Below, one piece after another: positions 50,217 to 60,340 of a DNA stretch of 64,000 nt. Numbering within the stretch: the first letter of the stretch is position 1; each line of letters opens with the position of its first letter. The notes under the pieces are model-generated. The model was given only the letters and a program-made list of their open reading frames with translations, was not told where the DNA came from and did no database searches. The stretch is taken from contig JAZQQU010000095.1 in NCBI GenBank assembly GCA_045629225.1, forward strand, positions 8,055 to 72,054. The letters run 5' to 3'. This DNA comes from Bacteroidales bacterium (GTDB lineage Bacteria > Bacteroidota > Bacteroidia > Bacteroidales > UBA3663). Both the position numbers and the translations under genes were made by a program.

Positions 50217-52733
50217 ATGCTTCCATACAACGATCCCACATCTCCTGCCCAGCCATCGTCTGGCAATGCATCCCAGGTCGTAGTCAACCCTTCACTGCGC
50301 CCGCTCGACATTGTAGTCCTTCTGGTCTCCAACTGGCCCTGGATCATCCTCTGCCTGCTCCTTGGTTGGGGCGCGGCCGAGGCTTATCTGCTCTTCACAC
50401 CAGCCATCTACACCCGTGAGGCCTCCATACTCATTAAAGATCTCAACAAGGGCAATTCTCTTGGACAGGTAACCAGCGGTTTTGCCGACGCAGGTCTCTT
50501 CGCACAATCCACTGACCTCAACAATGAGATCTTCTTGCTCAAGTCTCCTTCGGTGATGTCCACCGTCATCAATCGCCTTGACCTTCAGACCGACTACGAG
50601 GTAGAGGGCCGTTTCCATAGTGCTCCCCTCTATGGCAGCAACCGCCCTATTCAGGTGCAGATGTTCGACGTCACCGACCAGCATGAGGCTGGTATGACCT
50701 TGGAACTGAAGAAGGATTCAACCTGCATCATCTATAATATGCAGCTCGATGGCCAGCAGTTCCCCGACAAGACTCTCTCTTTCAAGGTGGGCAAGACAGT
50801 CAAGACACCTATTGGACGCATCTGTGTCAATCCTTCGGGCTTCTACAACGAATATCCACGTCCCATCAGCATCCATCGAAGCAGCTTGCAGAGCACACTC
50901 TCGCATTATTCCGGAGAGCTGACTGTGGGATCGGGCGAGAACTCTACGATTATCAATCTCAGCATCAACGATTATGACAAACAGCGTGCTGAGGATATCC
51001 TTTACAACATCATTGCCATCTACAACGAACAGTGGATGGAGGACCGCAACCAGGTGTCCATCAGTACCAATCAATTTATCAACGAACGTCTGCAGGTCAT
51101 CGAGAACGAGTTGGGCGATGTTGAGGGCGATATCACAACCTACAAGTCTCAAAACCTCATCCTTGGTTCGGCAGAGGCCGTGGCTGGTACCTATATGGGG
51201 CAGGCCCAGAATGCTCGTACGCAGCAGATTGAGCTCAACAATCAGCTCTATATGGCCCGTTCCGTGCGCAGCTACCTCACCAACGAACAGAACCTCAACC
51301 AGCTTCTCCCAGCCAGTCAAGGCCTGAGTAGTGCAGGCATAACATCGCAAATCACCGAGTATAATACGATGCTCATGCGTCGCAACAACCTCGTCTCAGC
51401 CTCTTCGCTCCAGAATCCTTTGGTGCAGGATCTCGATATGCAGCTCGCTGGGTTGCGTCAGAATCTCATTGGCTCCATCGATGCACACATCGAGGAACTC
51501 AACCTTCAGGTTCGTTCGGCCCAGTCTATACAGGCAGTGGGCAACAGCAAGGTGGCCAGCGCTCCAACCCAGTCGCGTCATCTGCTTTCCTTCGAGCGTC
51601 AGCAGAAGGTTAAGGAGTCGCTCTACCTCTTCCTGCTTCAGAAGCGTGAGGAGAATGAGCTTTCGCAGGCATTTACTGCCTACAACAACCGTCTCGTCAC
51701 TCCACCTTCTGGCAAGAATGAGCCAACCTTCCCCAAGAAACTCAATGTCTATGCCATCTGCCTGCTCATTGGCCTGCTGCTGCCTATTGGCATCATCCTG
51801 CTCGATGAGTTAGCCAACACCTCTGTGCGAGGTCGCAAGGACCTCGATGTGCTCAACATCCCATTCCTGGGCGAAATACCGCTCAACAATCCAGACAATC
51901 GCTTCGTGCGCTTCTTCAACCGACTGAAGCGTCGATTCTCTATCCAGTCAGACAAGTCACGTCGTCGCAATGAAGACAAGACGTTGCACATCCTGGTTAA
52001 GGATGGCAAGACCGACATCATGAACGAGGCCTTCCGTGTTGTACGTACTAACATGGAGTTTATTGCAGGACGTAGTGATGAGGCTCGCACCATCATGCTC
52101 ACTTCTTTCAATCCAAACTCGGGCAAGACCTTCATCGTCAGCAACCTCGCCCTGACCCTTGCCATCAAGGACAAGCGCGTGCTCTGCATCGACCTCGACA
52201 TGCGTAAGCGATCTCTCTCAGCCCTCGTAGGCAAGCGTCTGCCTGGTCTCTCCAATTATCTGGGTGGCTATATCGATGACTTCCACGAGGTCATCAAGAC
52301 CAGTCCTATACACGACAAGCTCGATGTACTGCCAGCTGGCAAGATTCCTCCTAACCCCACTGAGTTGCTCTTCGAGGCACGTCTTGATGCCTTGCTTTCA
52401 CAGGTTCGCAAGGAATACGATTACGTCTTCCTCGACTGTCCTCCACTTGAGATCGTAGCCGATGCCTCCATCATTGCTCGTCTGGCCGACATGTCCATCT
52501 TTGTTGTTCGTGCCGAGGGTCTGCAGCGCACTGCCTTGCCCGACGTACAGAAGTACTACGATGACAAGCGTCTGCCCAAGATGACCATTCTGCTCAATGG
52601 CACCACCGACGCCTTCTCACGCTACGGTTACCACCGATATGGCAGCCGCTATGGCTACTCGTATGGCTATGGTCGCAGCTACTCGTATGGCTATGGCTAT
52701 AGTGACAGCGAACGTGACAGCAAGAAGGATTAA
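50217..52733 (+). CDS. wzc: chain-length determinant / BY-tyrosine kinase (Wzc family)
   Basis: 838 aa. A Wzz-type periplasmic domain lies between two TM helices. C-terminal kinase with Walker A TSFNPNSGKT, LCIDLDMRKR, FLDCPP and the Tyr-rich tail YGYHRYGSRYGYSYGYGRSYSYGYGY. Confidence 0.88.
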   Translation: MLPYNDPTSPAQPSSGNASQVVVNPSLRPLDIVVLLVSNWPWIILCLLLGWGAAEAYLLFTPAIYTREASILIKDLNKGNSLGQVTSGFADAGLFAQSTDLNNEIFLLKSPSVMSTVINRLDLQTDYEVEGRFHSAPLYGSNRPIQVQMFDVTDQHEAGMTLELKKDSTCIIYNMQLDGQQFPDKTLSFKVGKTVKTPIGRICVNPSGFYNEYPRPISIHRSSLQSTLSHYSGELTVGSGENSTIINLSINDYDKQRAEDILYNIIAIYNEQWMEDRNQVSISTNQFINERLQVIENELGDVEGDITTYKSQNLILGSAEAVAGTYMGQAQNARTQQIELNNQLYMARSVRSYLTNEQNLNQLLPASQGLSSAGITSQITEYNTMLMRRNNLVSASSLQNPLVQDLDMQLAGLRQNLIGSIDAHIEELNLQVRSAQSIQAVGNSKVASAPTQSRHLLSFERQQKVKESLYLFLLQKREENELSQAFTAYNNRLVTPPSGKNEPTFPKKLNVYAICLLIGLLLPIGIILLDELANTSVRGRKDLDVLNIPFLGEIPLNNPDNRFVRFFNRLKRRFSIQSDKSRRRNEDKTLHILVKDGKTDIMNEAFRVVRTNMEFIAGRSDEARTIMLTSFNPNSGKTFIVSNLALTLAIKDKRVLCIDLDMRKRSLSALVGKRLPGLSNYLGGYIDDFHEVIKTSPIHDKLDVLPAGKIPPNPTELLFEARLDALLSQVRKEYDYVFLDCPPLEIVADASIIARLADMSIFVVRAEGLQRTALPDVQKYYDDKRLPKMTILLNGTTDAFSRYGYHRYGSRYGYSYGYGRSYSYGYGYSDSERDSKKD

Positions 52734-52742
52734 ACCCGCATA

Positions 52743-54059
52743 ATGGCCCCAGCAATCGAATTTCAACAAGTAGGCAAAATGTACCGTCTCGGTCGAGTCG
52801 GTACTGGCACTTTGTCTCACGATCTAAACCGCTGGTGGCAGACCCGGATTTTGCGTCGAGAGGATCCCTACCTCAAGATTGGACAGACAAATGATCGCAC
52901 AAGCAAGGGCGAATCCGACTACGTCTGGGCTCTTCGCGATATCAGCTTCAAAGTCGAACAGGGCGAAGTCATAGGCATTATTGGCAAGAATGGTGCAGGC
53001 AAATCGACTCTGTTAAAGCTTCTCAGTAGTATCACCAGCCCCACTACAGGTCGCATCCTGTATCGAGGACGCATAGCATCCTTGCTCGAAGTCGGCACAG
53101 GTTTCCACCCCGAGATGACTGGTCGCGAGAACATCTATATGAATGGCGCCATCATGGGTATGACCAAGCGTGAGATAACTCGCAAGCTGGATGCTATTGT
53201 CGATTTCGCTGGCATCGATCGCTATCTCGATACTCCGGTCAAGCGCTATTCCTCAGGTATGACCGTCCGCCTCGGCTTCTCAGTTGCTGCTTTCCTCGAA
53301 CCAGAGATCCTCGTTGTTGACGAGGTCTTGGCAGTGGGTGATGCCGAATTCCAAAAGAAAGCTCTTGGCAAGATGCAAGATGTGTCAACAGGAGAAGGAC
53401 GAACAGTGCTGTTTGTCAGTCATAATATGGCTGCTGTGAAGATGTTATGTGCTCAAGGTTTAGTTCTTTCAGATGGCAGACTTGATTTTTCGGGAGATAT
53501 TTCTTCTTGTGTGGATCATTATCTCAAAAATGTCTCTATCTCAGACATAGTATCTGATGTTATTATCCATGACTGCCATCGTGAACATTTTCCATTCTTG
53601 ACTTATGCCATTTCTTTTCTTGAGGTCGAAATGCTGAATGCTGACCCTTCTGCGATTGCAACAGATGAGCCTTTAGATTTCAGAGTCCGTCTGAGACAGA
53701 ATCATACAACTGACAGATTTCAGCTTTGCGTCTTCTTTCAAGATTCAACTGATGTCCGAGTAGCATTTTATATGACTGAAGTACTAACTTGCCCAGCAGA
53801 TTCAGATGAGTTTTACCTAGTCATACATATTCCAGTTCACACTTTGCCCCAAGGGCGGTATAGTGTCCGTTTTGAAACCAATCTCCAGGATTTCAACCGG
53901 GGTAGTACACATTTCGATTTCGTGCATCATGTTTTGTCTTTCGAGGTGAAATATATTCATCAAGAGTTCAAGGATGAATTTTTATTTTGGCATCAGGAGT
54001 TCGGACAGACATTGCACATAGGTCAGGGTCAAATACATGCAAGTATTATTCCACAATGA
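52743..54059 (+). CDS. wzt: polysaccharide/O-antigen ABC exporter ATPase (Wzt/TagH type) with ~190-aa C-terminal extension
   Basis: 438 aa. Walker A GKNGAGKST, signature YSSGMTVRL, Walker B ILVVDE, H-loop FVSHN, then a beta-rich C-terminal domain. No adjacent Wzm-type permease. Confidence 0.8.
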   Translation: MAPAIEFQQVGKMYRLGRVGTGTLSHDLNRWWQTRILRREDPYLKIGQTNDRTSKGESDYVWALRDISFKVEQGEVIGIIGKNGAGKSTLLKLLSSITSPTTGRILYRGRIASLLEVGTGFHPEMTGRENIYMNGAIMGMTKREITRKLDAIVDFAGIDRYLDTPVKRYSSGMTVRLGFSVAAFLEPEILVVDEVLAVGDAEFQKKALGKMQDVSTGEGRTVLFVSHNMAAVKMLCAQGLVLSDGRLDFSGDISSCVDHYLKNVSISDIVSDVIIHDCHREHFPFLTYAISFLEVEMLNADPSAIATDEPLDFRVRLRQNHTTDRFQLCVFFQDSTDVRVAFYMTEVLTCPADSDEFYLVIHIPVHTLPQGRYSVRFETNLQDFNRGSTHFDFVHHVLSFEVKYIHQEFKDEFLFWHQEFGQTLHIGQGQIHASIIPQ

Positions 54060-55438
54060 GGGTATTGTATTATAACTGGACGCCTATTGAACAGAAACAC
54101 GCTGGAGGTGGAGTATCAGTCTATCTTTACAATCTTTTTCAGTATTTTTCCTCTCATCAGACTTCAATTCAACCCGTTTTCCTTTCTTCTGGTTATTATT
54201 ACGATAATAAACATCGACCGTACATCACCGAGCGAGAGTGTTACATGGGTATTGAAAACTATTGTTTGGTCAATTCGCCCATCATTGCTCCCCAGTTTAC
54301 CTCTTTTTCTGTCTATCGTCGGCATCTCGACGACAAAGTCATCATTCGTCTATTTCGTCAGTTCTTAATTGATCAAGGACCATTTGATGTTATCCATTTT
54401 CATTCGTTTGAAGGATTGACCACTAAAGTTCTTCAGTTGAAGTCAGAGTTCCAGAACACGCTTTTTGTTCACACGATTCATGATTATGGCTTATTTTGCC
54501 CTACGGTGCGTTTTTGGACTTATGATGCCCGTAATTGTGCCCTAACTCAGGGTCAGGTTTATTGCTATTCTTGTGTTCGTAAAGAATTAGTCCATCGTTA
54601 TACTGATTATCTGGTTGTTAAACGTATGCTTGATGGCCGTCCTCATCGCATGACCATTCTTGACCGTGTAGCCCGAATAATAGAGATTCTACATACTCGT
54701 CTTTCCTATAAGATACACGATTATTTCGAAGATGTTCGTCGTCAGAATGTCAAGATGGTCAATTCTTTTTCCGATGGAGAGCTTTGCGTCTCTCATCGCG
54801 TCATGGATATTGCCACCTCACATGGTATCAATTCTTCCAAGTGTATTGTTTCTTATATCGGAACTCTAGCTGCTTCTTCCTATCTTGGCCAATGCCGAAC
54901 GGCTGTTAATTCGCCAGTTCTCACTATCCTTTTTATGGGATCTGCAGCACCTGAGAAGGGATTGGATACATTGCTGAGTGCTCTTGAATGTATTGATTCA
55001 TCGCGATGCACCATTGCACTGAAGGTCGCTGCTGGTATAGATGATGTTACAGTCTTGCGTCGCTTGGATGTGCTTGGTCATCATTTGGCTGGTGTAATAC
55101 ATTATAATGGCTATACACATCAGGATTTCGGCCAGATTATGCAGGATGTCAATCTAGGAGTTGTCCCTCCGCTCTGGGAAGACAATTTGCCACAGGTAGC
55201 CATTGAGATGATTGCTCATGGCATTCCTATCATAACAGGCATCCATGGTGGTGCTCAGGAGTTGAATACACATCCCTGTTTCCTATTCACTGATTCTTCT
55301 GATCTACAAGGCAAGATTGAGCAGATTTGCAACCATCGTAATCTGTTGAATGATTACTGGTCGTATGTCACTCCTTTGATGACCATGGAACTGCATGTTA
55401 ATCAGTTGCAACAGATCTATAGTCATGAACTTCGATAA
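54056..55438 (+). CDS. glycosyltransferase (GT4/GT1-like)
   Basis: ATG 54056 overlaps the wzt stop (ATGA). MRVLYYNWTPIEQKHAGGGVSVYLYNL... The C-terminal half resembles the GT-B retaining fold (PPLWEDNLPQVAIEMIAHGIPII). Confidence 0.6.
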   Translation: MRVLYYNWTPIEQKHAGGGVSVYLYNLFQYFSSHQTSIQPVFLSSGYYYDNKHRPYITERECYMGIENYCLVNSPIIAPQFTSFSVYRRHLDDKVIIRLFRQFLIDQGPFDVIHFHSFEGLTTKVLQLKSEFQNTLFVHTIHDYGLFCPTVRFWTYDARNCALTQGQVYCYSCVRKELVHRYTDYLVVKRMLDGRPHRMTILDRVARIIEILHTRLSYKIHDYFEDVRRQNVKMVNSFSDGELCVSHRVMDIATSHGINSSKCIVSYIGTLAASSYLGQCRTAVNSPVLTILFMGSAAPEKGLDTLLSALECIDSSRCTIALKVAAGIDDVTVLRRLDVLGHHLAGVIHYNGYTHQDFGQIMQDVNLGVVPPLWEDNLPQVAIEMIAHGIPIITGIHGGAQELNTHPCFLFTDSSDLQGKIEQICNHRNLLNDYWSYVTPLMTMELHVNQLQQIYSHELR

Positions 55439-56477
55439 GCTGCTCACCATCGTCATCCCTGCCTACAACATGCATGATTACCTTCGTCGTTGTCTAGATT
55501 CCATTTGTATAGAGTCTGTAATGAACGATGTGCAAGTCATAGTGGTCAATGATGGTTCTACAGACGATACCTTACAGATAATGCATGAATACGAGCATCG
55601 TTACCCTCACTATATTCAGGTAATAGATAAGGAGAATGGCAATTATGGCTCCTGTATGAATGCCGCTTTACCATTGGTCGAAGGTAAGTATTTTAGGACA
55701 CTCGATGCAGATGACTGGTATGATTCAGATGCATTAGTGCGTTTTATTAAAGATTTGTGGAACTCAGATGCTGATCTGGTATTCTCTGCAATGACTATTC
55801 ATCGCGATTTGCTATCCTCAGTCCTCTCTCATAGTTATTTTGGTCCATCTATTCCAGCAGGCATAGATCTGGATATTGACAGCGTTGATTGGGAATCCTC
55901 TGATATGCCAGAACGAACGATGGGACCTCAGTTCTTAACCTATCGAACTGAAGTATTGCAAAATGTCGGAATGAGATGGACAGAAAACATTTTTTATACT
56001 GATACCGAATATATGGCCAAACCTCTTCGCCTTGTGCATAAGGTAAGATTTTTCAACACATCCATCTATCAGTATCAACAAGGTTTGACTGGCCAGTCTA
56101 TGAATTCTGAGGTTTTCAGTCGTAATATCCGTCATCATCTTCTCGTTTGCCAAAGCATTCTTCTCGATTTCTTGTCCCATCTTCCTTATACTAAAGGTCA
56201 ACATACTTTGTCCATCATGCGTCTCAAGGTGTGGATCGCTGGGGCTTATCGCAGTTTGTATCGTAATGGGTTCACTCATTATCGTCTACTTTCTTCTATC
56301 GACGATATGGTTCAGCATATTCCAGAACTAGATGCTGTCGCAAAGGCTCAGAATGAGTTTAATGGACACTATTATGTCCTCGCTTTTCGACATAATCGTC
56401 TTTGGCTCTTATTCATTTGGCTTGAGTTCCTTTTAAAGTCTAACAGTTATTTGCGTAAGCTTTTGAAAAAGGCTTGA
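55425..56477 (+). CDS. GT2-family glycosyltransferase
   Basis: ATG 55425 lies 14 nt inside the upstream gene. LTIVIPAYNMHDYLRRCLDSI...VIVVNDGSTDDT...LDADD (DXD). Confidence 0.8.
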   Translation: MNFDKLLTIVIPAYNMHDYLRRCLDSICIESVMNDVQVIVVNDGSTDDTLQIMHEYEHRYPHYIQVIDKENGNYGSCMNAALPLVEGKYFRTLDADDWYDSDALVRFIKDLWNSDADLVFSAMTIHRDLLSSVLSHSYFGPSIPAGIDLDIDSVDWESSDMPERTMGPQFLTYRTEVLQNVGMRWTENIFYTDTEYMAKPLRLVHKVRFFNTSIYQYQQGLTGQSMNSEVFSRNIRHHLLVCQSILLDFLSHLPYTKGQHTLSIMRLKVWIAGAYRSLYRNGFTHYRLLSSIDDMVQHIPELDAVAKAQNEFNGHYYVLAFRHNRLWLLFIWLEFLLKSNSYLRKLLKKA

Positions 56478-56625
56478 CCATACATTTCCCAGGAAAGATA
56501 AACCCGACATCTTTCGAGGCGAAGGTATCTAACACCTGACTATGTCATCCAGAGCCGAGTAGCACATTTAGGAAGTTTGCATTCTCATCCTGAGGTGGCT
56601 CCCACTGGCTAGTTTGTTCCAGATT

Positions 56626-57417
56626 ATGATCCCCAAAATCATCCACTATACTTGGTTCAGCTCCGACCCATTTCCCGATGCGGTGAGGAAATGTCTAGAC
56701 TCATGGCATCAGCACATGCCTGATTGGCAGTACATGCTGTGGGATGCAGAACGCATCAAGGACATCGAGTCTGTTTGGCTCAAAGAATGCCTGCAAGAGC
56801 ACAAATGGGCATTCGCTGCTGACTATGTGCGTCTCTATGCCTTGAGCCGGTATGGTGGCATCTACCTCGATACAGATTGTTTGGTCTATCATTCGCTCGA
56901 ATCTTTTTTGCACCATCAGGCATTCATAGGTCGAGAGTGGTATGTACATATCGATGGCGGCACCACGTGGCATTATCTCTCGTCTCATTGTTTTGGCGCA
57001 GTGTCAGGCCATCCTTTCGTTTTGCGTTGTCTGGAGTATTACAAAGGACGTCATTTCGTCAAGTCGGCAGATGGTTCTTTGCCCGACAATCTACGCCTCG
57101 ACCAAACTCTTCTCCCGCTGATTCAGTGCCAGTTGGCACAGCAAATGTATGGCTATGACCCCAGTCCATGTTGTTCAGGCGTCCAGAACCTTACATGTCT
57201 CGATTCTGTGTTAGTAGTCTATCCTTATCCATATTTCGATCCATACGACATCCAGAAGCAAACAATAGTCCGCCATCTTTCGTTAGGCAGCTGGTATGGC
57301 AAGGTGGCCAAGGTCTCCGCCAGAGCTTCTTATTTGCAACGCATCAAGTATCGCCTTGACTTATGGTTCAGACACTTCATGTGGCGTCATGGCTATATTG
57401 TGGAGCATAAGCGTTAA
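56626..57417 (+). CDS. GT32-like glycosyltransferase (DXD sugar-binding region)
   Basis: ATG 56626 (the track start 56614 is a TTG). IPKIIHYTWFS... and YGGIYLDTD are typical of the Gly_transf_sug/OCH1-like family. Confidence 0.7.
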   Translation: MIPKIIHYTWFSSDPFPDAVRKCLDSWHQHMPDWQYMLWDAERIKDIESVWLKECLQEHKWAFAADYVRLYALSRYGGIYLDTDCLVYHSLESFLHHQAFIGREWYVHIDGGTTWHYLSSHCFGAVSGHPFVLRCLEYYKGRHFVKSADGSLPDNLRLDQTLLPLIQCQLAQQMYGYDPSPCCSGVQNLTCLDSVLVVYPYPYFDPYDIQKQTIVRHLSLGSWYGKVAKVSARASYLQRIKYRLDLWFRHFMWRHGYIVEHKR

Positions 57418-57423
57418 TCAATT

Positions 57424-58302
57424 ATGTTAGGCACCCTCTTCTTCACCTGTTTCGATGCGGTCTATCGTCATCTTTGTTTTATGCCACGCATCATGCCTCA
57501 TGCTGAGACAGTCGAGAAGATTGTCTGCCAACACCTGTCATTGGCGCGTTTTGGTGATGGCGAACTGAAGGTGATGCTGGGTGCTGACATCAATTTCCAG
57601 TCTGCTTCACCCTTGTTGTCCCGAAGGCTCAAAGAGGTCTTCCTAAGTCAAGAGTCTCATCTCCTTATTGGTATTCCAGATATTTTTGAGCATCTGGAAC
57701 GATATAATGCTACCGAACAGGAGTTTTGGCGATATCATCTTCGTTTCCGTCGTTGGCATTGGCATCGATATATCCGTCGCACACAATGGTATGCCAGCAC
57801 TTTCCTATCACGTTTCTATAGCATGGAGTACGATCTTCAGTTATCCAATTCTCGCTTGCGGATGCTCCGGCAATTATGGGATGGCCGCAATGTACTTTTC
57901 GTAGAGGGCATGGACACTAAGTTGGGAGTAGGCAATGATCTGTTTGAGAATGCAACCTCCATCCGCCGCATCCTCTGTCCTGCTAAAGATGCCTTCTCTT
58001 CGTACGATGCTATCCTGAAGGCTACACTCAATGAGGCTCAATCTGATGATCTCATTATTCTTGCCTTAGGACCTACAGCTACTGTTCTGGCTGCAGATCT
58101 ATGTCGATCCGGTTTTCAGGCACTTGATCTTGGCCACATAGATATTGAATACGAATGGTACTTGCAGCATGCTACAGCCAAGGTAGGCATAAAAGGCAAG
58201 TTTAGCAATGAAGCTTTTTTGACCCACATGGCCACGGCCGAGGTAGAAGGTGAATTGTCGGGAGATGCCTATACTAATCAGATAATTGCTGTCATAGTAT
58301 AG
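57424..58302 (+). CDS. GT-D fold glycosyltransferase (DUF1792 / SP_1767 family)
   Basis: 292 aa. Hallmark motifs SLARFGDGELKVMLG, VEGMDTKLGVGNDLF, ALGPTATVLAADL and LDLGHIDIEYEWY. Confidence 0.8.
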   Translation: MLGTLFFTCFDAVYRHLCFMPRIMPHAETVEKIVCQHLSLARFGDGELKVMLGADINFQSASPLLSRRLKEVFLSQESHLLIGIPDIFEHLERYNATEQEFWRYHLRFRRWHWHRYIRRTQWYASTFLSRFYSMEYDLQLSNSRLRMLRQLWDGRNVLFVEGMDTKLGVGNDLFENATSIRRILCPAKDAFSSYDAILKATLNEAQSDDLIILALGPTATVLAADLCRSGFQALDLGHIDIEYEWYLQHATAKVGIKGKFSNEAFLTHMATAEVEGELSGDAYTNQIIAVIV

Positions 58303-58304
58303 TC

Positions 58305-59276
58305 ATGGTTTGTGTATCAGTTATTGTACCAGTTCATAATGTAGAGCCATACATCGAGCGCTGTGTTCGGAGTCTGATGGGGCAAACGCTCGAATCGCTT
58401 GAGTTCATCTTTGTCGATGATCATGGCACAGATGACTCTGTTGGCATTCTGACGAAAGTCCTTAACGATTATCCTCAAAAACAAGCTCGGGTAAGCATTA
58501 TTCACAATGAGGAAAACCTCGGTCTGTCACTTTCTCGAAAAAAGGGCTTCGAAGCATCTCATGGCCAGTATCTGATTGCTTGTGATGCAGACGATTGGGT
58601 CGAACCAGATGCCTACCAAAAGTTATACGAGCAGGCTCAAAAAAGTAAGGCTGACATCGTTGTCTGTGACTATATTAAGGAATTGCCTCACGCCTCTCAA
58701 CCTTGGCCTTTCAATCTTGATTCAGATGCTAAGAGATGCCTTCAGCAGATTCATGACAATCATCGATTCTCTTGGACTATCTGGAATCAGCTTATCCGTC
58801 GCGATATTGCACTAACAGCTATTCAAGAAGTCTATCCTACAACCTATGCCGAAGACATCTATACCATGATTCATGCCTATTGGTTGTCCACTATTGTAGC
58901 ACAGGTCAAAGAACCGCTTTATCATTACAACCAGAGTAATGCACGGTCAGTGATGTCTCGTGGCGTATGGCCGAAGGATATCTGGCATGCGCAACAACAG
59001 AATATTGAAGCTGTCATCACTCTCCTGAATCCATCTGAAAATCCTGAGTATACCCTCACTTGCCAGTGGCTGAAGTTCAAGATCAAGGAGAAACTTGTTT
59101 CTTCATTCCCAGATCTCCATACTTATTACATTACCTACAAAGAGAGTCATCTCGACATCTTACATTACGAATACATCCCACTCTCTGTCCGTCGTAAACT
59201 ACGCATCATTTATAGTTGCTACTTCACTTTCTGGCTTTATCACCAACTCCAGAAATTTCGTTACCTTTGCTCATGA
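58305..59276 (+). CDS. GT2-family glycosyltransferase
   Basis: VSVIVPVHNVEPYIERCVRSLMGQT...FIFVDDHGTDDS...CDADD. Confidence 0.8.
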   Translation: MVCVSVIVPVHNVEPYIERCVRSLMGQTLESLEFIFVDDHGTDDSVGILTKVLNDYPQKQARVSIIHNEENLGLSLSRKKGFEASHGQYLIACDADDWVEPDAYQKLYEQAQKSKADIVVCDYIKELPHASQPWPFNLDSDAKRCLQQIHDNHRFSWTIWNQLIRRDIALTAIQEVYPTTYAEDIYTMIHAYWLSTIVAQVKEPLYHYNQSNARSVMSRGVWPKDIWHAQQQNIEAVITLLNPSENPEYTLTCQWLKFKIKEKLVSSFPDLHTYYITYKESHLDILHYEYIPLSVRRKLRIIYSCYFTFWLYHQLQKFRYLCS

Positions 59277-60340
59277 ACTCCCTTGAAAGTTCCTTGCCCG
59301 TCATTGACTTTGTCCTTCCCATTGTCGATCCTTCCGATCCTGAGTGGCAGGCTCAATATCGCCAGTATTGCAGTGGGGGAGAGGGCGATGACCCTGTTCG
59401 CTTTCGCGACTGGGGATGGCTTCGTTATTGGTTACGAAGTGTAGCTGCTAATGCCCCTTGGGTACATCGCATCTATATCCTTTCTTGCAATCCAAAGCCT
59501 GATTGGGTCAATGCCGAGGGTGAACGTCTGGTGTGGCTACATCACCGCGATTTCATTCCTGCAGGATTCTTGCCTACATTCAATGTCAACACCATCGAAC
59601 TTCATCTGCATCGTATCCCGGGGTTATCAGAGCATTTTGTCTATTTCAATGATGATACACTCCTCAATGCTCCGATAGAACCTACCTTTTATTTCCGCGA
59701 TGGCCTACCATGTGACGCTACTCTCGAAGGTCTCTTCTTCGTCCCTCACTACGAGCAGGGCAATTGGGGCACGCAATTAATGGAGTTTTGTGATGTAGGT
59801 CTCCTTAAGAAACACTTTCTCCGCCAAGATGTTGTGAAAGGTAATTGGTATCGATGGTATGGCAGTTATCTCCCTTGGCAGTCGCGTCTCAAAGCTTTCT
59901 TACTTTCATTTCAGTCGCAGTTCTTTAATTTCAATACACCTCATCACGAGCGTCCTTTGCTCAAGAGTATATTCGAAGAAGTTTGGCAGGCTGAGCCGGA
60001 GTATCTTCGACGTAGTTGCACCCGTTTTCGTGAACCCACCAATGCTAATGTTTATCTGATGCGTTACTGGCATCTGGCAAGTAACCGTTTTTTCCCAGAA
60101 CGCAGTCGCTTGCATTGCAAATATTACGAGATAATGCCTGAGACACTCGACATGATCTGTCATGATCTGGCCACTGGCCAAGTGCCCAGCCTTTGCCTCA
60201 ATGATGTCTCAACCTGCAGTGACGAATTCTTCTGCCAGGCCAAGGAACGGCTCAATGCAGTCCTGCTCGAAAGATATCCTTTGGCATGTGAATATGAATA
60301 TTCTCTTCCTCATCCCAAGTCTCCATGCCCGAGGTGCTGA
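59273..60340 (+). CDS. Stealth-family hexose-1-phosphate transferase (capsule phosphotransferase type)
   Basis: ATG 59273 overlaps the upstream stop (ATGA). Stealth CR1-like IDFVLPIVDPSDPEW, and CR2-like LRYWLRSVAANAPWVHRIYILSCNPKPDW...FNVNTIELHLHRIPGLSEHFVYFNDD. Confidence 0.75.
   Translation: MNSLESSLPVIDFVLPIVDPSDPEWQAQYRQYCSGGEGDDPVRFRDWGWLRYWLRSVAANAPWVHRIYILSCNPKPDWVNAEGERLVWLHHRDFIPAGFLPTFNVNTIELHLHRIPGLSEHFVYFNDDTLLNAPIEPTFYFRDGLPCDATLEGLFFVPHYEQGNWGTQLMEFCDVGLLKKHFLRQDVVKGNWYRWYGSYLPWQSRLKAFLLSFQSQFFNFNTPHHERPLLKSIFEEVWQAEPEYLRRSCTRFREPTNANVYLMRYWHLASNRFFPERSRLHCKYYEIMPETLDMICHDLATGQVPSLCLNDVSTCSDEFFCQAKERLNAVLLERYPLACEYEYSLPHPKSPCPRC

Noticed and set aside
52617-52733. Tandem DNA repeats (tatggctat... 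/ cgctatggctac...) at the 3' end of wzc.
   Set aside because: They encode the expected Tyr-rich BY-kinase phosphoacceptor tail (YGYSYGYG...), a normal family feature rather than a separate element. Copy number could still vary between strains.
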